A stretch of 62,864 bases of DNA, taken from contig CAJBWJ010000025.1 of NCBI GenBank assembly GCA_903959355.1, positions 1 to 62,864 on the forward strand. The letters run 5' to 3'. Positions 48,670 to 60,854 of the stretch are shown here, piece after piece. The notes beneath the pieces were generated by a model. The model saw only the letters and a list, made by a program, of their open reading frames with translations. It had not been told where the DNA came from and did no database searches. This DNA comes from an uncultured bacterium (GTDB lineage Bacteria > Patescibacteriota > Microgenomatia > UBA1400 > PJMF01). A program made the position numbers and the translations under genes. Each line of letters starts with the position of its first letter. Within the stretch, counting starts at the first letter, position 1.

Positions 48670-48785
48670 TCTGGCCTCGACCTATCTTTGCAGGGGGAGA
48701 ACCCCCAACTATTGTCAGCGCTGAAGCGTTTCAAGACTCTGTTCGGGATGGGAAGAGTTGGTACCACCTCGCTCTGGAGACCAGA
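48670..48785 (-). rRNA. rrf: 5S rRNA
   Basis: 116 nt on the minus strand: TCTGGTCTCC...CCCATCCCGAACAGAG..GAAACGC..TAGTTGGGGG...GAGGCCAGA. The ends pair as helix I. Confidence 0.9.
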
Positions 48786-48967
48786 ATTAAACGTTTTTAG
48801 ACGCACGTGTACTGCGATTTGTTCGCGGTGCACAAATAATATGTTAATTAGCGATTTTTGTTCGCTAATAAGTGAAGCTAACTGCTTTATATCGAAATAT
48901 AAAGGTTAGTAGTAAAAGATAAATCTTCCACTACTAACCTACTCAATAAGACCTTTGAAAGAACTGA

Positions 48968-51903
<2,936 letters not shown>

Positions 51904-52125
51904 TATCATTGAAATGTTCTCTTTACTCAGTCTATTGAGTAACAGTTAGTTTATGGCCTAAATAAATTAGACCATAAAGTTTCTTCACTTATTAAAGAAC
52001 AAATTTGATACTTGGATTATCTCCAAACATCAAAGTCTAGCAATTTGCTAGTTATTAGTCTCTAGAAATTCCGGAAGGAAAATCCAAAGTCTAATAAGCA
52101 GCAAACAGCTTATATATAGTTTACT

Positions 52126-52202
52126 TGGTGGACCCTAAGGGGCTCGAACCCTTGGCCTCCACATTGCAAATGTGGCGCTCTAGCCAACTGAGCTAAGGGC
52201 CC
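52126..52202 (-). tRNA. tRNA-Ala (anticodon UGC), CCA encoded
   Basis: GGGCCCTTAGCTCAGTTGGCTAGAGCGCCACATTTGCAATGTGGAGGCCAAGGGTTCGAGCCCCTTAGGGTCCACCA. It folds as a cloverleaf, has anticodon loop TTTGCAA, and carries the G3:U70 Ala identity pair. Confidence 0.95.
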
Positions 52203-52383
52203 TTGCTTTAGTAAACTTGTTGTTCAATTTAACGTGCTAAAAAACAATAAAATACTCTTAATACTTTCTTGTTCTTCTTTTTTAGCCTTAAAAGGCAATT
52301 ATCTTGGACGGAGGGAATCCTAAATCGGATTGTCGCGTAGTCTCTTGTAGGCCTATCCCGAGAAGCCTTAGAGACAAAGAGTG

Positions 52384-52411
52384 ATTATATATTTTTTATA
52401 AGTGATTTCAA
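52384..52411 (-). promoter_or_regulatory. sigma70-type promoter of the tRNA-Ala-23S-5S operon
   Basis: On the minus strand: TTGAAA (52406-52411), a 16-nt spacer, then TATAAT (52384-52389). This is 25 nt downstream of the preceding gene's stop. Confidence 0.5.
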
Positions 52412-52435
52412 GAGGGAGTTTTGTGCAAACAACCC

Positions 52436-54778
52436 CTAGAGAAGTCTTGCTCTTTGGTTGATTTCTACCTCAACCAATTCTTTATCCTTACCATATTTCA
52501 AACGCGAAAGCTGTCTAACCATCTCAGCCAGCTTTGGATTCATACGAGCTGCTTGTGCTTTAATATCCTTATATAGAGACATACTAAAGGCTGGCACTGG
52601 CTCATTATCGACAATCGTCTTGATATAAGCATGATATTTCTCGACATTGGCCAGATCATTTTCATTAAATGTAGGAGCAAATTCATGCTGTAAGAAATTA
52701 GCATCAGTGACACCGACACGGAAAGAGACCATCGTTCCAACGTTACCAAAAACAGCGTTTTTGATTTCTTCATCAATCTGACCAATAAACTGATTGGCCA
52801 CAATTAGATTTAGACGATATTTACGAGCTTCTGACAAAATAGCCGCAAAATCCTCTGTGGCAAAGTTCTGAAACTCATCAACATAGAGGAAAAAGTCTGG
52901 GCGCTCTTCCATTGGTACATTTTGACGACTCATAGCTGCAGCCAAAATCTTTGGCACCAAAATCAAGCCGAGAAATTTAGCATCTTCTTCACCTAAAATA
53001 CCTTTGGATAAATTACAAAGGACGATTTTCTTTTCATCCATGGCCTTGCGGAAATCAAAAGAACTATAAGGCTGACCAATAATATTACGCATGGTCTTAT
53101 TGGTAACGAATTTACCAAATTTAGAAACGATATAGTCCATCACTTCAGATTTATGAAAATCACTGGTATTAGCGATCTGGTCAGTCCAGTAGCGTTTAAC
53201 CATGCCATCTTTAACAAGTGGTAAATATTCTTCGACAAATTTAGCATCAGTCAAAATACGCACCATCTCGATAAAAGTACTACCAGGCTTACACATAATA
53301 GTTAACATGGCATTACGAATAGCATGTTCAAAACGAGGACCAACGATACCAGTATGGTGAGGATCATAGAGCTTATACATTAAACCAATGATGGAACTTG
53401 CCACAAAATGCATTTGTTCTTCAGTTTCTGCCTCCATGATATTAAGACCCATTGGGCGCTGAATATCTGAAGGATTGAAGTAAATAACATCTTCAGCACG
53501 CTCTGGCGGCATTAATTGCAAAACATCATCCACTAAGTCTCCATGTGGATCAATAACACAAACACCATGACCAGCTTCAACATCTTGCAAGATCATATCT
53601 TTGAGAAACTCTGACTTACCAGTACCAGTTTTTCCAATAATATAAGTGTGACGGCGGCGATCATTGAGACTGGCGTAAATATCTCTTTCCTGACCACGAT
53701 AAACAGATTTACCAAGAAACAAACCTGAAGTAGGAATTTTGTTTGGTGCAGGGGCATTTTTAGCAGTAAGAACTCGAATATGATGAGTTTCTACTGTTTT
53801 ATTTGGGAAATGCATGATGGTAGCTAATTCTTCAGTATTGAGAATCATTGTGTTTGTGCCAAAAAGCGGCATGTAACGATAAATGAAATCAATCATGAAA
53901 AAGTGCTTAAAAAACAAAAAGGTTGGTTTCTTAAAGCTATTATAAGTAGAAGTAAATTGTGAAAAAGCACCAATAATATTGTTAAGATGAGATTGAGCTG
54001 TCACTGCATTTTGAGCGGAAACAACCACTCTAATCGAAGCTTTAAAACCAGGCTTACCAACCTTATTATTGATTGCTTCAACTTCCTTTGGATCGTGTGA
54101 ATAATTGGCTTTATCAGGATCAGATTCTCTCTTTTTTTCTTTTTGATTGTGCTTCTGTCCTTGATTTTGCCAACGTTTTCCCTCTGGGCGCAGTAAAATT
54201 TGCAAAGTTGCTCCTTCACCATCGCCCATCTTGGACATACCAGAAGTAATTAGTGAAAGACCATCAGTTGGTAAATCTTTATAAGTTTTGATTGGATAAA
54301 AGTTGGCTCTATCAAATTTAATTGGAGAAAAAGCCACTCTTCCTTTTTCATTAAAAATATTAACCTCATCCATTTCAGAAATCGATGCTGATGGATAAGC
54401 ACCATTAATTTGTTTTTCGACGAGATCGCGAATATCTTTATGACAGGTCACATAGAAAGCAATGTCTTCCTTCATACCAACAATTTCAAAACCAACCACA
54501 TCTTCTGGCTTAAGAAAAGAAAAGAAGCCGTCTTTTTTGAGTGAATAAAGTCCAGCAAACATTTGTTCAGCTGCATCAATCTTTATTTCATTGCTTTTTG
54601 GAAGTTTGACTAGAAGAGTAACAAAATTAAGAACATAAGATTCTCGACGATGATTCTTAACGAGAGAAGCAATAAGATAGACCAACAAGACTAAAAATAC
54701 CAATAAACAAATCATTAAAAAAGCAGAAACAAAAAAGCCATTCAATTGAGCTAGTAAATTTTGACTTTGATTATTCAT
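52436..54778 (-). CDS. FtsK/HerA-superfamily ATPase related to type IV secretion coupling proteins (VirD4/TraG/TraD-like), TM-anchored
   Basis: 780 aa. N-terminal TM and an N-domain of about 350 aa. Walker A is YIIGKTGTGKSEF, followed by CVIDPHGDL. Walker B is FFLYVDEFQNF, followed by ARKYRLNLIVANQ. Confidence 0.7.
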   Translation of the reverse strand: MNNQSQNLLAQLNGFFVSAFLMICLLVFLVLLVYLIASLVKNHRRESYVLNFVTLLVKLPKSNEIKIDAAEQMFAGLYSLKKDGFFSFLKPEDVVGFEIVGMKEDIAFYVTCHKDIRDLVEKQINGAYPSASISEMDEVNIFNEKGRVAFSPIKFDRANFYPIKTYKDLPTDGLSLITSGMSKMGDGEGATLQILLRPEGKRWQNQGQKHNQKEKKRESDPDKANYSHDPKEVEAINNKVGKPGFKASIRVVVSAQNAVTAQSHLNNIIGAFSQFTSTYNSFKKPTFLFFKHFFMIDFIYRYMPLFGTNTMILNTEELATIMHFPNKTVETHHIRVLTAKNAPAPNKIPTSGLFLGKSVYRGQERDIYASLNDRRRHTYIIGKTGTGKSEFLKDMILQDVEAGHGVCVIDPHGDLVDDVLQLMPPERAEDVIYFNPSDIQRPMGLNIMEAETEEQMHFVASSIIGLMYKLYDPHHTGIVGPRFEHAIRNAMLTIMCKPGSTFIEMVRILTDAKFVEEYLPLVKDGMVKRYWTDQIANTSDFHKSEVMDYIVSKFGKFVTNKTMRNIIGQPYSSFDFRKAMDEKKIVLCNLSKGILGEEDAKFLGLILVPKILAAAMSRQNVPMEERPDFFLYVDEFQNFATEDFAAILSEARKYRLNLIVANQFIGQIDEEIKNAVFGNVGTMVSFRVGVTDANFLQHEFAPTFNENDLANVEKYHAYIKTIVDNEPVPAFSMSLYKDIKAQAARMNPKLAEMVRQLSRLKYGKDKELVEVEINQRARLL

Positions 54779-54787
54779 AAAAAGCTC

Positions 54788-55468
54788 TTATTGAGCATCT
54801 TCAGATACTTCTTCCTTATATACAACAGCACCGGAAAACATTTTAGCGACTTTTTCACACCACTCAAGTAACCATTTTACACTGTACTTGGTACTTTTAA
54901 ATTTTGCCTCTTCTTTACTTTTTACAGTAATTGGCAGAACTACTACTGGCTTATCAGAAATTGCCACTGGAGAAGTGACGGTAGCAGCTAAATTATTTAT
55001 TTCTTTCTGTTTCTCGGCAATCATGGCTTGCTCGCGCTGCTCTTTGGTTTCTTTGGAAACTTCTTGCAATTCTTTTGATAATTCAGCCATTTCTGGATTT
55101 GGAGCTGACTCGACAGGCGAAATACTTTCAATTTGTTTAGAAACTTCCTCTGTAGCAGCATTTTCTGCACTTGCCTGCGCTTGATTAGGCAAAACTTCTT
55201 TTGCACGACTAGAGACTTGAGGAGAATCTTGTCCTGTTTGAACAGAATCATTTCTACTAATAAGAGTTTGCGTAATTAACTGATCAAGTGTGTCCAAGTT
55301 TTCATCTGCATTTTTTTCTTGTGGACCAGGAAAAACTACCTGCGTATTTGAGGTTTGAGGTAAAAATTTACCAATGGTCGGATATTTACTGGCATTAGAA
55401 CCAGAAAACATTCTTCGAAAAGATTGATCATTTGTCACGCATTTATCATAGCGTTTTTTTGTCACCAC
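54788..55468 (-). CDS. hypothetical low-complexity (Gln/Glu/Ser-rich) protein
   Basis: 226 aa. The listed start is GTG and overlaps the upstream gene, so the true start may be the internal Met (RRMFSGS). Conserved-looking C-terminus KYSVKWLLEWCEKVAKMF. Confidence 0.45.
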   Translation of the reverse strand: MVTKKRYDKCVTNDQSFRRMFSGSNASKYPTIGKFLPQTSNTQVVFPGPQEKNADENLDTLDQLITQTLISRNDSVQTGQDSPQVSSRAKEVLPNQAQASAENAATEEVSKQIESISPVESAPNPEMAELSKELQEVSKETKEQREQAMIAEKQKEINNLAATVTSPVAISDKPVVVLPITVKSKEEAKFKSTKYSVKWLLEWCEKVAKMFSGAVVYKEEVSEDAQ

Positions 55469-55959
55469 TTAAAGAAGAGTTTTAACTTGAGTTCTTCGTT
55501 GCTAAAATAATCTGGAGCTGTTTCTAGAACCAAGTCAGATATTATTGGCGAACGATAAATTTTCAATTCTTTTCCAAAATCTGGTTTTTGAATCTGTCTT
55601 TCACAAGAAAAAAAAGCTAGATCATCCAACCAACAAATATCAATGTTAAAAAGCATATCTTTCATCCAAAATTGGCGAATTTCTTTCATTGGAAAAATGA
55701 ATAATAAACCATTAATTTTTTGACCAGATTCACTGACAAGATCTTTGCGCAAAGACAAGCCCTTGGCAATACTATCTTGTGTATTAACCACTTCCACTAA
55801 TAATTCTTTTTGCGCCTGATCAAAAAAACTTTTTTTCAACGTTAATTTAATTAATTGCTGATCCTTAACAAAAAAAATAAAACCATAACTACTATAAAAA
55901 ACATAAGCTATAAAAATAAAAACGCAAAAAAACGAAACAAAAAACAAATGACTTTTCAT
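55462..55959 (-). CDS. DUF192-domain protein, TM-anchored
   Basis: GLSLRKDL...NGLLFIFP...FWMKDMLFNIDICWLD matches the DUF192 (COG1430) signature pattern. Confidence 0.7.
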   Translation of the reverse strand: MKSHLFFVSFFCVFIFIAYVFYSSYGFIFFVKDQQLIKLTLKKSFFDQAQKELLVEVVNTQDSIAKGLSLRKDLVSESGQKINGLLFIFPMKEIRQFWMKDMLFNIDICWLDDLAFFSCERQIQKPDFGKELKIYRSPIISDLVLETAPDYFSNEELKLKLFFKW

Positions 55960-55960
55960 A

Positions 55961-56467
55961 TTAAAAAAGCAAAATAATTATCAGAAAAGCAAAATAAGCC
56001 AATGCAAACCAACAAATTTTATGCACTAATTTGCGGCTTGTTTGAATTTTGGACATTGCCAAAAAACGATCTGCAAACAATAAAAACTCATCGCGCAATT
56101 GCCACATTTCAATTAATAAATAAAAATTAATTGACATGATTAAAGCTATGCCAAAAATACTCCCTGAAGAAGTTAAAACAAAAATACTTAAAAAAGGTAA
56201 AGCTAAAAGAAAAAGAAAATTTCTGCTGGCAAGCATTAAAAGATGCAAATCATTATTTACTTCTGAACCAATCTTTTCTTGATAAAACTTATACAAAAAT
56301 TGTTCATCTAAAAACAAGAAAATCACGCCGAAAAAATAAGATAAAACAAAATAAGTTAGGCTAAGCCAATTCTCCCAAGCTTTGAAAAAAGTAATTAAAA
56401 AAGCAAGCAATAAAAAGGAAAAAACTAATTTAAAAATCAATTGCTTTTTGGAAAAAATATTTTTCAT
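55961..56467 (-). CDS. integral membrane protein, unknown function
   Basis: 168 aa with 4-5 TM helices. Packed between its neighbours (1-nt gap, 4-nt overlap). Confidence 0.55.
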   Translation of the reverse strand: MKNIFSKKQLIFKLVFSFLLLAFLITFFKAWENWLSLTYFVLSYFFGVIFLFLDEQFLYKFYQEKIGSEVNNDLHLLMLASRNFLFLLALPFLSIFVLTSSGSIFGIALIMSINFYLLIEMWQLRDEFLLFADRFLAMSKIQTSRKLVHKICWFALAYFAFLIIILLF

Positions 56468-57630
56468 TTCTTTAAACTTAAAATTTTTTGTAAAGAGTCA
56501 TCTACTTTTTTTCTAAAACTTTCTGAATCCTTATATTCTCTCTCTAAAGCATAAATTGTTTTTTCTAAAGTTTGAGAATCAACTCCAGGACCAAAGACCA
56601 AAACATTATTTCCAGCCTCAATTGCTTCAACAGCAATAACAGAAATATCTTTTTCTTCTGTGGTGCCTACTTGAGCTCTAGCTGACTTCATCATGAGATC
56701 ATCAGTAAAAAGCAAAACTTTTGGATAAGACTTGGCAAATTGGCTCAAACATTCTTCACTTAAACTACAGACTTTGCCGGCTAGTTTATTTTCTAATTTA
56801 ACATGAGTAGTCATGACACCGATGTTAGTGAATTTATCTAAAACTTTGCTAAAAATCTGAGTGTCATCTGTACTTAGGCTAATCGTAGAAACCTCATTAT
56901 GTAGATCTTTATCAATCGAACCTATACCTGGGAAATGTTTCAAAACTGCCATTACAGCATTTTGAGAAAAAGCATAAATAAAATTATTAGTAGCAGCAAA
57001 TGTTTTTTCTGGATCAGCAGCCACTCTAGTCTTTAAAACAGCACTGTTCGAAGCCAAATCAACCACTGGAGCAAAAACGATATTCACACCGACAGCTTTC
57101 AATTCTCTGGCTGATTGATTAAAAACAGCCTTTTGTTGAGCACTTGAGTAGGTATTGACGATCTTCTGCCAAGAATCTAGTTTTGTAAAACCCTCTCCAC
57201 TCAAACGCTGAACCAAACCTCCTTCATGATCAACAGCAATTAGAGGCAAATAGCTATTTTCATCTTTTAAGTAACTAAAAATTGTCTTAGTGGCAAGAAT
57301 AGCTGAGGTGGTAGAAACTTTTTCACCAAAATATAAAACAAAACCAGGATTGCTATCCTCTATAAAACGAAGAGCTCTAGCACTTTCGGTACTATTCTTT
57401 TCCATTTCGTTTAGATCGAGTGACACAGCCAGAAGTTGAGTAATTTTTTCTTTCGTATTTAATTCTTTCTTCGGAGTTTGACTAGGAGTGGGAGTAGCAA
57501 CTAATCCGGTACTTTCTCCAGAGTTTTGACTGAATTTCTTGAGAAAAGGTTTTTTAAAATAGTTGTAGGCAGAAATAATAAGCAAGATAAAAAGAACAAG
57601 AATTAAAAGTTTGGTAGTCCAATTTTTCAT
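56464..57630 (-). CDS. glycoside hydrolase family 3 N-terminal-domain protein (NagZ-like beta-N-acetylhexosaminidase), TM-anchored
   Basis: IAVDHEGGLVQRL and KHFPGIGS motifs of GH3. 388 aa. Confidence 0.8.
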   Translation of the reverse strand: MKNWTTKLLILVLFILLIISAYNYFKKPFLKKFSQNSGESTGLVATPTPSQTPKKELNTKEKITQLLAVSLDLNEMEKNSTESARALRFIEDSNPGFVLYFGEKVSTTSAILATKTIFSYLKDENSYLPLIAVDHEGGLVQRLSGEGFTKLDSWQKIVNTYSSAQQKAVFNQSARELKAVGVNIVFAPVVDLASNSAVLKTRVAADPEKTFAATNNFIYAFSQNAVMAVLKHFPGIGSIDKDLHNEVSTISLSTDDTQIFSKVLDKFTNIGVMTTHVKLENKLAGKVCSLSEECLSQFAKSYPKVLLFTDDLMMKSARAQVGTTEEKDISVIAVEAIEAGNNVLVFGPGVDSQTLEKTIYALEREYKDSESFRKKVDDSLQKILSLKK

Positions 57631-57633
57631 AAT

Positions 57634-58008
57634 TTAAGTTTTGCCACCTTGCTTTAGTTGCTCTAACTTCCACATGAAGAGTTTGGCTTTATTATCTGCA
57701 GTTGAGTCACTTACAAAACTAAGCGCTCGTTCTAAAAGACCACGCGACATTGTTTTGGCTAACTTAATATACAACGATGTGTGACGCTTGTCTGCCAAAA
57801 CATCTGCCAAATGGCAACCAAAGCTCTGAAATTCATGAGAAATATGCTTGTTTTGCTCGGTCATTTGATATTTGCTAAGCAAATCTTTAGTGGAAGCAAA
57901 ATTATCTTTTTGACGATCAATTGTCCTAACCTTAGCGATAGGAGTAGAAATAGGTTTTTCAAATTCACTGAATAAAGAAACAATTTGAGCTTTTTTAGCT
58001 TTAGACAT
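57634..58008 (-). CDS. hypothetical protein
   Basis: 124 aa with an ATG start. Overlaps the upstream gene by 8 nt. No recognisable motif. Confidence 0.55.
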   Translation of the reverse strand: MSKAKKAQIVSLFSEFEKPISTPIAKVRTIDRQKDNFASTKDLLSKYQMTEQNKHISHEFQSFGCHLADVLADKRHTSLYIKLAKTMSRGLLERALSFVSDSTADNKAKLFMWKLEQLKQGGKT

Positions 58009-58675
58009 CTAGGAAATTATAACCCAAGCTGAGCAGAATAGCTTTATTTTTTGCTACTACTTCTTCTGGTAAATCTCCCTTGTCTTCAATTACAAATTTT
58101 AGAGGTCTTTTGGCAAGCTTTTCGTAAAATTTTACTTGAGTATCAATAATTGATTTAACTAAATCTAATTTGGCAAAAGACAGCCAGTCAGCTGAAATTA
58201 AATATTGACCAAGATTGTAAGTGGTTTCTCCACCAGCCAAAGTAAAACAAATTTTATTGGCTATGTGAATATTGCGTGGACGAACCATATGACCTTTGAT
58301 GTCATATTTGAGTTCCAAAGGATCAGCAAAAGGTAAAATTCCGGCATAAAGTAAGTTTTCTTTATCTGCCATGACTTGCAAATGCTGTTGCATACTAGCA
58401 TTAGCTTCATCAAAATCATTGAGCTCAAGAATTTCTTTGACGTAAGCATTTTCTTCACTAGCTACCAAACGAAGGTCATGATCTGGAGCTTCTGGATAAA
58501 GTTCAAGCATCTTGCGAAGAGCAATAATAACCTGACTGAAACCTTCTAATTTCAGACCAGCACCCAAAAAAGCCAGACGACGGCCGAGATTGATTTGCAC
58601 GCCTTCATCGCCGCAAGCAATTACGAGTGGTGACTTGACTGGAATAGTGATTTCTTGATTTTTTTTATCTGACAT
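58001..58675 (-). CDS. hypothetical protein
   Basis: 224 aa with an ATG start. Soluble alpha/beta character. No recognisable motif. Confidence 0.55.
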   Translation of the reverse strand: MSDKKNQEITIPVKSPLVIACGDEGVQINLGRRLAFLGAGLKLEGFSQVIIALRKMLELYPEAPDHDLRLVASEENAYVKEILELNDFDEANASMQQHLQVMADKENLLYAGILPFADPLELKYDIKGHMVRPRNIHIANKICFTLAGGETTYNLGQYLISADWLSFAKLDLVKSIIDTQVKFYEKLAKRPLKFVIEDKGDLPEEVVAKNKAILLSLGYNFLDV

Positions 58676-58742
58676 CAGACTACCTTCTTATTCAGGGCAG
58701 GAAATAGATCTCTTACAAAATAGCTAAAAAAATAAAGCGGAG

Positions 58743-58907
58743 TTATTCTCCACTAACTTCAGTCATACCTTGGACTGCAGCTAGATATTGCTTCATCTCT
58801 TGTTCAACTTGTTTCCAATCACCTTTAGCTTCGCGGATTGCATTGAACAATAAGTCCATATCAATTAATAATTGGTCATCGGTAACGATCATTCTTTGTT
58901 TTGCCAT
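58743..58907 (-). CDS. possible small protein (54 aa), below the ORF-track cutoff
   Basis: Hand translation: MAKQRMIVTDDQLLIDMDLLFNAIREAKGDWKQVEQEMKQYLAAVQGMTEVSGE*. It fills an otherwise empty 290-nt gap and has the same orientation as the downstream operon. Confidence 0.35.
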   Translation of the reverse strand: MAKQRMIVTDDQLLIDMDLLFNAIREAKGDWKQVEQEMKQYLAAVQGMTEVSGE

Positions 58908-58969
58908 GTGCGTATTGTAGCACTTTTCGTCACAAAAAGATAGATTAAGGCCTGGTCTTTTGGGATTTT

Positions 58970-59659
58970 ATGGTTAAAATAGAAACTAAATTTATGCTTA
59001 GTAAAAAAAGAGCTTTTGATCTTTTAAGTTCTATTTCTATATTGGTCTTAATTATTCCATTTGGAATCTTGTCATATCCTTTTTTGATGTTTTTAATTGG
59101 CAAACCAATCATTTTCAAGCAAGAAAGAATTGGAAAAAATGGAAAAAAGTTTAAACTATATAAATTGCGTAGCATGAAGGCAAACGCTCAATCAATTAAA
59201 AATAAATATTTGACAAAAAATGAAGCTCCGCTTCCAATGTTTAAAATGGCCGAAGACCCTCGTTTCATCAAAAAAGAAATTATTTTTTTTGGAATAAAAA
59301 AACCAAAAATCGTGAGGGTTGGAAAATTTTTATCTAGCTCTGGAATTGATGAGATTCCTCAATTTTTGAATATTCTAAAGGGTGAAATGAGTTTAATTGG
59401 ACCGAGACCTTTGCCAGTCGATGAAGCAGAAGCACTCGAGAAAATTGACAAAAATTGGTATAAATGGCGTCATGAAGTTAGACCAGGAATTTTCTCAGTT
59501 TGGGCAGCTGATTCTAAACACAATAAATCTTTAAATTATTGGAAAAAACTAGAAAAAGAAACTCTGAGTTTAAGTTTTGAAAAACAGATTTTGGTTATTT
59601 TTAAAATCATTTTTAAACAAATAAAGAATATCTTTCATATACTAAAAGAGCGCCTTTAA
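58970..59659 (+). CDS. polyprenyl-phosphate sugar-phosphate transferase (bacterial sugar transferase family, WbaP/EpsL-like C-terminal domain type)
   Basis: KRAFDLLSSISILVLIIP..IIFKQERIGKNGKKFKLYKLRSM...DEIPQFLNILKGEMSLIGPRPL. An alternative start is Met9 (58994). Confidence 0.85.
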   Translation: MVKIETKFMLSKKRAFDLLSSISILVLIIPFGILSYPFLMFLIGKPIIFKQERIGKNGKKFKLYKLRSMKANAQSIKNKYLTKNEAPLPMFKMAEDPRFIKKEIIFFGIKKPKIVRVGKFLSSSGIDEIPQFLNILKGEMSLIGPRPLPVDEAEALEKIDKNWYKWRHEVRPGIFSVWAADSKHNKSLNYWKKLEKETLSLSFEKQILVIFKIIFKQIKNIFHILKERL

Positions 59660-59670
59660 AGGCGCTCTTT
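59645..59670. terminator. bidirectional intrinsic terminator
   Basis: Perfect palindrome AAAGAGCGCCTTT|AAAGGCGCTCTTT between convergent genes. It overlaps the sugar transferase stop codon. Confidence 0.7.
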
Positions 59671-59691
59671 CATTAAGTTCTTATTAAGAAT

Positions 59692-60804
59692 TTATTTGTA
59701 AGCGATTGGTGTAGAAGTATCCACAATGGATAAACTCATACGACGCTGTTCTGGAACAACGTTTTCAACGTTTACAGTAACTTTCTCACCAACTTTTAGA
59801 TCGTAACCCTCAAGTTTAGAAGCGTGGATGAGAGCATCGACACCCTTCTCAACATTGATGAAAGCACCGAAAGCTTCAATACGAGTCACTTCACCGGTAA
59901 AGGTGGTGCCTGCACTGTAACGTTCTTCAATACTTTCCCATGGATCAGCATCTAATTGCTTGATAGAAAGATTAAGTTTATTGGTTTTCTCATCGATACC
60001 AAGGACTTTAACTTTGATACGATCACCAATTTTGTGGTAATCCTTTGGATGATTAACTTTTTCCCAAGAAATTTCAGAAATGTGAATTAAACCTTCAACA
60101 TAACCGATACTATCTTTGGAATCAGAATCTTTGACTGGCACTTCAACAGTGACAAACAAACCAAAGTGCATAACACCAGAAACGACGCCATCGTAAATTT
60201 TGCCTTCTTCGACACTAGCAATAGCTAAGTCTTTTTGGGCTAATTCTTTGGCTTCACTGACGTGACGCTCTGAGAAAATCAAACGATTTTTCTCGCGATC
60301 AACTTCAATGGCTTTAACTGGGAAAGCAACACCTTTGAGGTTTTGGATTTTACCCATGTATTTACGACTAAATTGACTAGATGGAACAAAAGCGCGAACG
60401 CCATTGACCAAAACAATTAAGCCACCACGGTTCATTTCGACACCTTTAGCCTCAAGTTCTTGATCTTTTTCCATGGCCTCTTCGAAATATTCCCATTTGG
60501 CATCTGAAGCAGCGCCTTTGAGAGATAGAACGACTTGACCCTTATCATTATCAGTAGAAACGACGATAGCTTTGACAGCATCGCCTTCATTGAGTTCTTT
60601 GACGAAATCAACAGCAAATTCGAATTCTTTTTCGGAAACAATTCCTTCAGTCTTAGAGCCCAAATCAATAATGAGACTCTTTTTATTCTTTTCAACGATC
60701 ACACCTGAAACGGTGTCACCTTTTTTTGGGATCACTAGCTTACCTGCGTTAGCAGTTAAGAGTTCCTCCATAGTTTGTAATTTCTTGACCGGTTTATCAG
60801 TCAT
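59692..60804 (-). CDS. rpsA: 30S ribosomal protein S1 (four S1 domains)
   Basis: Repeated S1 OB-fold starts: GDTVSGVIVEK, (V)KAIVVS, GKIYDGVVSGVMHFGLFV, GTTFTGEVTRIEAFGAFI. 370 aa. Confidence 0.85.
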   Translation of the reverse strand: MTDKPVKKLQTMEELLTANAGKLVIPKKGDTVSGVIVEKNKKSLIIDLGSKTEGIVSEKEFEFAVDFVKELNEGDAVKAIVVSTDNDKGQVVLSLKGAASDAKWEYFEEAMEKDQELEAKGVEMNRGGLIVLVNGVRAFVPSSQFSRKYMGKIQNLKGVAFPVKAIEVDREKNRLIFSERHVSEAKELAQKDLAIASVEEGKIYDGVVSGVMHFGLFVTVEVPVKDSDSKDSIGYVEGLIHISEISWEKVNHPKDYHKIGDRIKVKVLGIDEKTNKLNLSIKQLDADPWESIEERYSAGTTFTGEVTRIEAFGAFINVEKGVDALIHASKLEGYDLKVGEKVTVNVENVVPEQRRMSLSIVDTSTPIAYK

Positions 60805-60854
60805 ATCAAAAATATTTCCTTTCTTTTTGGATTGCGAGATTGTATCATGATGAT

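Noticed and set aside
52126-58675. tRNA-adjacent integrated mobile element (ICE or genomic island) suggested by the VirD4-like ATPase next to tRNA-Ala.
   Set aside because: The tRNA is part of the rRNA operon. I found no integrase, relaxase, other T4SS genes, or direct repeat of the tRNA 3' end. The flanking genes look like ordinary envelope functions.
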